A stretch of DNA of 56,414 bases, the filler included, from Trichosphaerium sp. ATCC 40318 (Eukaryota > Protista > Tubulinea), in the NCBI GenBank assembly GCA_038496445.1. It is 2 parts of 2 records of this genome, joined end to end, with 100 filler letters (N's around TTAATTAATTAA, not from the genome) between each part and the next. Parts side by side here need not be neighbours in the genome. Positions count along the whole stretch, not along the records: positions 26,394 to 56,414 come from JALMLS010000588.1; 1 more part is not named here. One strand, 5' to 3'. The notes beneath the pieces were generated by a model. That model saw only the letters and a list, made by a program, of their open reading frames with translations, was not told where the DNA came from and searched no databases. This document shows, in pieces, positions 51,553 through 56,414 of the stretch. The position numbers and the translations under genes were made by a program. Position 1 is the stretch's first letter, and every line of letters starts with the position of its first letter.

Positions 51553-54500
51553 ATGTTGATTGGATTAACGGCAGAGCAGCGTAGTGTATGATTATTTTCA
51601 CCTTGGTGTGGACGGCGATCCCGTATACTAAACCCGTTGTTAGGAGCTCAAAACGCTGCCTACCGCGTACTTGAAGGCCCTAAAAGATCAATTGGAGCGG
51701 AAGAAGCAACTATCACAACAATGGTACAATTACAAACAATATCTCGCGTAATTCATTACTAGGAGCGAACAGGACAAAAAATATGAAGATTACACGATTG
51801 CCCTAAAAAAGTACGTGATTTTTGTTTGGCGGTAGAACGATTTCGTAACATGCTGTACTACCCTAAAAAGTGCTGCTGACGTATTTGCAAGATGGACAAA
51901 AGAGCAAGAAGATAGCTACGAAGCGTTGGAAAACATTGAGCTTGACCGCTTGGTGTCGGAACGAGAACGCGTGGAAGCGAATATCGCCAAGGAAAAACTT
52001 GAATTTGCGGTACATAAAAGTAACGGATTATATTGCTGTTGAGCACAGTCTAATTGGTTTACCCTATTTGGTGTGGTACTTACTATTAATTATAATAGGC
52101 TGACATTCTAAAAACTGACAAAGAAATATCCGTTGTAAATGGTGATTTAAATGCGTTATCGAGCAAAATACATGATAAAACGATGGAAGTTAGGAAAATA
52201 CGTATTGAAGTGTTGAGACTCACGGAAAAGCTCGCAAAGGTTAGACAAATCATTCAAGGTACCTCAGAGCAAGAGCCAACAACTCCATCGCGCAAGACGT
52301 GGGAAAAGGTGCGAAATAAATCCAAAAACAAATTTTTTTACTCGCTCCGTTTTTGCTTGCAATTTTGAATGAGCGCTTAAGAACTTACGTCTGTATTTAC
52401 AAAGGTCACACCAACCATACATAAAGCAGCTATAAGGAATACACCACAGACACCTACACCAGCTTGTAAAATATACGTAACTGATGATGAGACACGATTA
52501 CATTCTTTGCTCCATGTACTTTTTTTATTTTTTTATCAGCTTGTTCTAACCGAAGTTCCCCTTTTAGCTTATTGTCAATGATGATTTTGGATTGCTTGCA
52601 AAGCTCACCGATAAATTAAGTATCACAGAGTATGATAAGCTAGCAACCTGTCTTGTTTCTATCTACATGCAACGAGATGATATTTTGTCTCTTATTCAGT
52701 GGCTCGTAGAAAATGAAGTGCGCCAAACAAAACACGCGGAGGAAGTACTGCGGTGCGTATTTGTGCTTGCGTTTAGGACTTCTCTGTTTGTTTATTAAAT
52801 TCTGGCGTAGAGGTAACTCAATGGCTTCCAAAGTCATCAAAACGTACTGTAGACTCACTGGCATGGACTACATTAGATCCACAATACTTCCAACGCTCAA
52901 CAAAGTGATTGCTTTAAACAAGCACTTGGACATATCCACCTATGAGATGGATGGACCTACAATAGAGGAAATAAACGCAAATTGCGAGAGCATAAAAGAA
53001 TTTTGTGTTGAATTTCTTGACGCCATCATTGACGCTCAGGCAACTGCTCCACCGTACGCAGAACAGAGGTAATATTAAGTTGACGTTTTAAAGGGCTTTC
53101 TTAAAAATATGTTACTTTGTACGGAAAATGGTTGGAGACCGTTTTGGAGATCATGCAGGTTGCATTGGTACGTTAAAAGAAAACTTGTAGAGAGGCGTTT
53201 TTCGGTCCTGACTTTCGCGCGTAGCTGTTGGAGGATTTTTGTTTCTCAGATTATTTTGCCCTTCTATTATATCGCCACCTAAGGAATTTGGATTGGCAAC
53301 TCTTCCTTTTGAAGCATCAAGGAATCTATTGAATATATCGAAGATTCTTCAAAATATAGCGAATCAGATCACTTCCTTTAAGGAAGAGCATATGGACCCT
53401 TTTCCTGAGTTTGTAGAGGATCATTTAGAGCGTGTTTACAATTACTTCAAGAATGTCGCTGTACGTATAGTCAACTTAGTTCTTTTCATTTTTTTGGCCG
53501 TTTCATCTCTTCTAAATTATCTCCCAAGAATCAAGGCGAATGTATAAGAATGGTTACTACTCCGAAAGAAGTAACAGATATGACCCCATTAGAGAAGATT
53601 GCAAAGCTTATAAGTGATAATAAAAAGAAAATAGCACCTTCTTTCGTTGACTTACCACAAACTACATTTGTACGTTTCTAGAACCTAGATACAACAACCA
53701 TAACTTAACATGTTATTGTAGAAATGGAAGCAATCTAGTGGATTTAAATTGACACAAATCTTCAGATTTCTTGGGTTTCAAGGCTCTATTACTACTGACG
53801 ATATGGATGCTAGAGCTCTTTCAAAGGTATTGCTGTTTTTATAGCTTCTTTTTGCTTACAATCTTGTTTAATATAGATGATTACAGAAGACAATGCGTTC
53901 CTTGTTTTAGGCTTATTTAAAGTTATGAATGACGGGAAGGAAGAGTTAGCAGATGAATGCTCAATCGCATTGTACTATTTGCTTTTCAAGCATAATAAGT
54001 TGAGTTACTTTTATGATGCAGTTGCTGCATCTGTTGATTCATCAACACAAGCTAATGGTAAGATACAAGAGTGATGACCTTTATTCTAATTACTTCTATG
54101 AATAGAGGACGTGACTAAGTGCGTTGGAGGTATAGCTATATCTAAACTTGCTCAGTATCTCTTTGCAGAGAACTTTGTACTTCGTGATGCTTGTAGACCT
54201 CTTCTTCCTATTATACAACGTGATGCTTCTAAAATGATGCAGAATCAAGTTGTTATTGGTGCTTGTGAGGTTTATCGTAGTACAATTATAGAATCACTAC
54301 AATTCTTCCCAACTATGTTGAAACAAACGTTTTATACGCTATCCAAGGTACACGTGTTTTCTTTTTTTATTGTGAAAAAAAAAAGACTCTTTTTTGTTTG
54401 GTTTCGCTTACCACTCTTTTAGTCATGTATTAAAGGTATTACAGTTGTTAGAACAATTGTTGTATCTATATTTTGCTCAGCAATAGAGAAACCAGATGAG

Positions 54501-55300
54501 TTTGGTGTTATTTCTGAGCAAGTATTACAACGATTAGATAAAGTACAGAAAAAAGCTTTGTTCGTTATTTCGGACTTATTAAAGGCTTGTGCTCGTGGCG
54601 AGCGTGATCGTGCTAATAAGCCAAGAGATGCTTTTATAAAGAGCAGTGTTGGTATGTTAGACAAGGCTATAAGCGCATGGTTAACGAAATACGTACGTTT
54701 GATTGAACAAGTTCTGTTTCTCTGTTTATTTTGTAATTCTCGTGTTTTAGGAAGAGCCTCGTATGTTCCCTCATGATGAAGTAATGTTAATTAATAAATG
54801 GGGTACAACTAAAAAGGCTTTGGGTATTGTACACAAGATGTGTTTTAAACACATGAATAGTCTTGCTAGCTATTTAGATAGAGTATCAACCTGGGAGGAG
54901 GTACGCCTTCAGTACTTTTTTCTTTCTTCTTTTTTTCTTTCTTTTTCTTTCATTGCACTTGCTGGTTACTCATGATTTAATTTTTTTGTAGTATGTTGCC
55001 TTCACTCCTTTCGAATTTATAACAAAATATTTACCTTTGGGATCTGTACAAGGTAGAATACCTTTAACATTACGTGCAAGAAAATTAAGCCAAAATCTTG
55101 CTCGTGAAGCTAATACTCGTAATTCTACTGGTGCTAGCCATAGGCGCGCAAAGAGTCACGAGTACAACGCTGAAGTACGTACAAAAATCCATAAAAATCC
55201 ATAAAAACCAAAACGCCCGGAGCCTCTTTTTTGGATTTTCCTTTTTGCTCTTTTTTTTTTTGAACTTTTTTTATTTACAAGCTATTTTAGCGCCACATAG
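51553..55300 (+). CDS. RasGAP-domain protein with an N-terminal coiled coil and a second, degenerate GAP-like domain
   Basis: EVLR|GNSMASK (arginine finger), GMDYIRSTILP, AVGGFLFLRLFCPSIISP and RNLLNISKILQNIAN. The later SIFCSAIEKPDEFGV...KALFVISDLLKACA is a decayed repeat. Confidence 0.85.
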
Positions 55301-55343
55301 CAGTCAGCCGACAGGATGAGCTAACAAGTACGACAATATTTAT

Positions 55344-56414
55344 TTAAATAAGCCTTACTGAACCTTTAGAAATAAGAGCGCGTATAGACTCATAGCGAAC
55401 GACGTAGATCTCACCTTTATTCAAACTGATCGTAGCATCTGGCCTATATTTTTTTGAGATAACTTTCTAGAGAAAAAGTACACTTACTGATCGTGTTCTA
55501 AAGCTATTTCTCCCAAATCCTCTCTAGCTTGAACAATAACAAATTGATCAAGATCCGGTTTTTGGACTAAAAGAGAAAAAAGTGTCAGAATGAGGTGTTG
55601 TGATTAGAACGCAAAGAAAAAAAAAAAGAAGAGAAAGTTTGTATTTATTTTGTCAAAATGTACTTTTGTAAATAATATCATAAAGCAGTTTGTATTTATT
55701 AAAAGAAGTAATCAAGTTGCACTACTGATAATTACGTTTAACAATTAGGGAGTTGGTTGAGTGTCATTCAAAATGACAAGCAAAAAAAAAAGGACTTTTG
55801 GTTTTTTTGGATGAAAAAACGTCACGTGCCCATGTCAACATCTGGACGGTTAGGTCTACTAGGATCTGCTATACCACGCATGTGTTCCGGTAGTTGACCA
55901 AGAAATGATGTTTTAAAGTGTGTTTGAATGAGACTCTTGTACCTAAACAGTTGGGTTTAGGAAGCCTTCGTCTTTTGAAAAAAAAAAAGTGCAATAAAAA
56001 AAGAAACAAGGCTAGCGGTTCTCGTACGAGTTAACGAATTTTTTTTCGCTTGTAGATAATCGTTTTATGTATGTACCATCACTTGAGAAGTGAATAAAGT
56101 ACTTTTCTAGCTATTTTTCGGTTAGCGGTTTAATAATGGACAGGAAAATAAGGTTTTTCGTTGTTTCGCGTATGAGGAATGTTGTTGAAGCGTTTGCTAA
56201 CCTTTGCTAATCTAATACGCAGTACGCATTGTAAAATGTACTTCAAACGGTCTAAATCCAGTTGTAGTAGGCGCACTCGTAGTCTGTCAGTCTCATTTTC
56301 AATGTGTGACAACAGCGACTCTATATACTCTGCCTATGGTGTATACGTTAGTGTATTTGAATATTTAAGCGTTCTATTTAACCTGGCTCTCTGTGCGAGC
56401 CAAACCAGCTTCTA
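55344..56414 (-). CDS. SLD5: GINS complex subunit SLD5/GINS4 (5'-partial)
   Basis: LLQLDLDRLKYILQCVLRIRLAK|LEKY, LSTSEKKF, DMVQKPDLDQFV and LNKGEIYVVRYESIRALISKGSVRLI*. Confidence 0.88.

Noticed and set aside
55567-55829. Long SLD5 intron as a snoRNA host
   Set aside because: No convincing C/D or H/ACA boxes with a terminal stem.
1-56414. CRISPR arrays, tRNA or rRNA genes
   Set aside because: None seen; the regular repeats are protein-coding or element termini.

Overview
AT-rich, intron-dense eukaryotic DNA (many introns about 45-90 nt, common donors GTACGT/GTAAGT/GTATGT, CTAAC branch points, standard code). It is probably a protist; amoebozoan-like is an inference only. Two contigs are joined at 26294-26393 by an artificial N44-TTAATTAATTAA-N44 linker. 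The left contig holds the 3' part of a giant repeat protein with two repeat types I do not recognise, an F-box/LRR gene interrupted by an integrase-like fragment, and a 5'-truncated kinase. It continues with an AIF/FSP1-like pseudogene, a GPR107/108-like gene, a degenerate SPX-VTC-DUF202 gene and a bacterial-type GH30-like hydrolase cut by a rearrangement. A ~2 kb block is present three times (forward, inverted, forward). The right contig holds an MFS transporter, SAP30, three tandem membrane-anchored isochorismatase-like hydrolases and an LRR pseudogene. It continues with a Sola-like DDD transposase, a MORN2-repeat gene, a 5'-truncated Ngaro/DIRS tyrosine-recombinase retroelement, an EF-hand-like/coiled-coil protein, a RasGAP and SLD5. 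The strongest cross-cutting signal is recurrent non-canonical GC-AG introns sharing a GCACGT donor. Gene models were spliced by eye, so exon boundaries are approximate.
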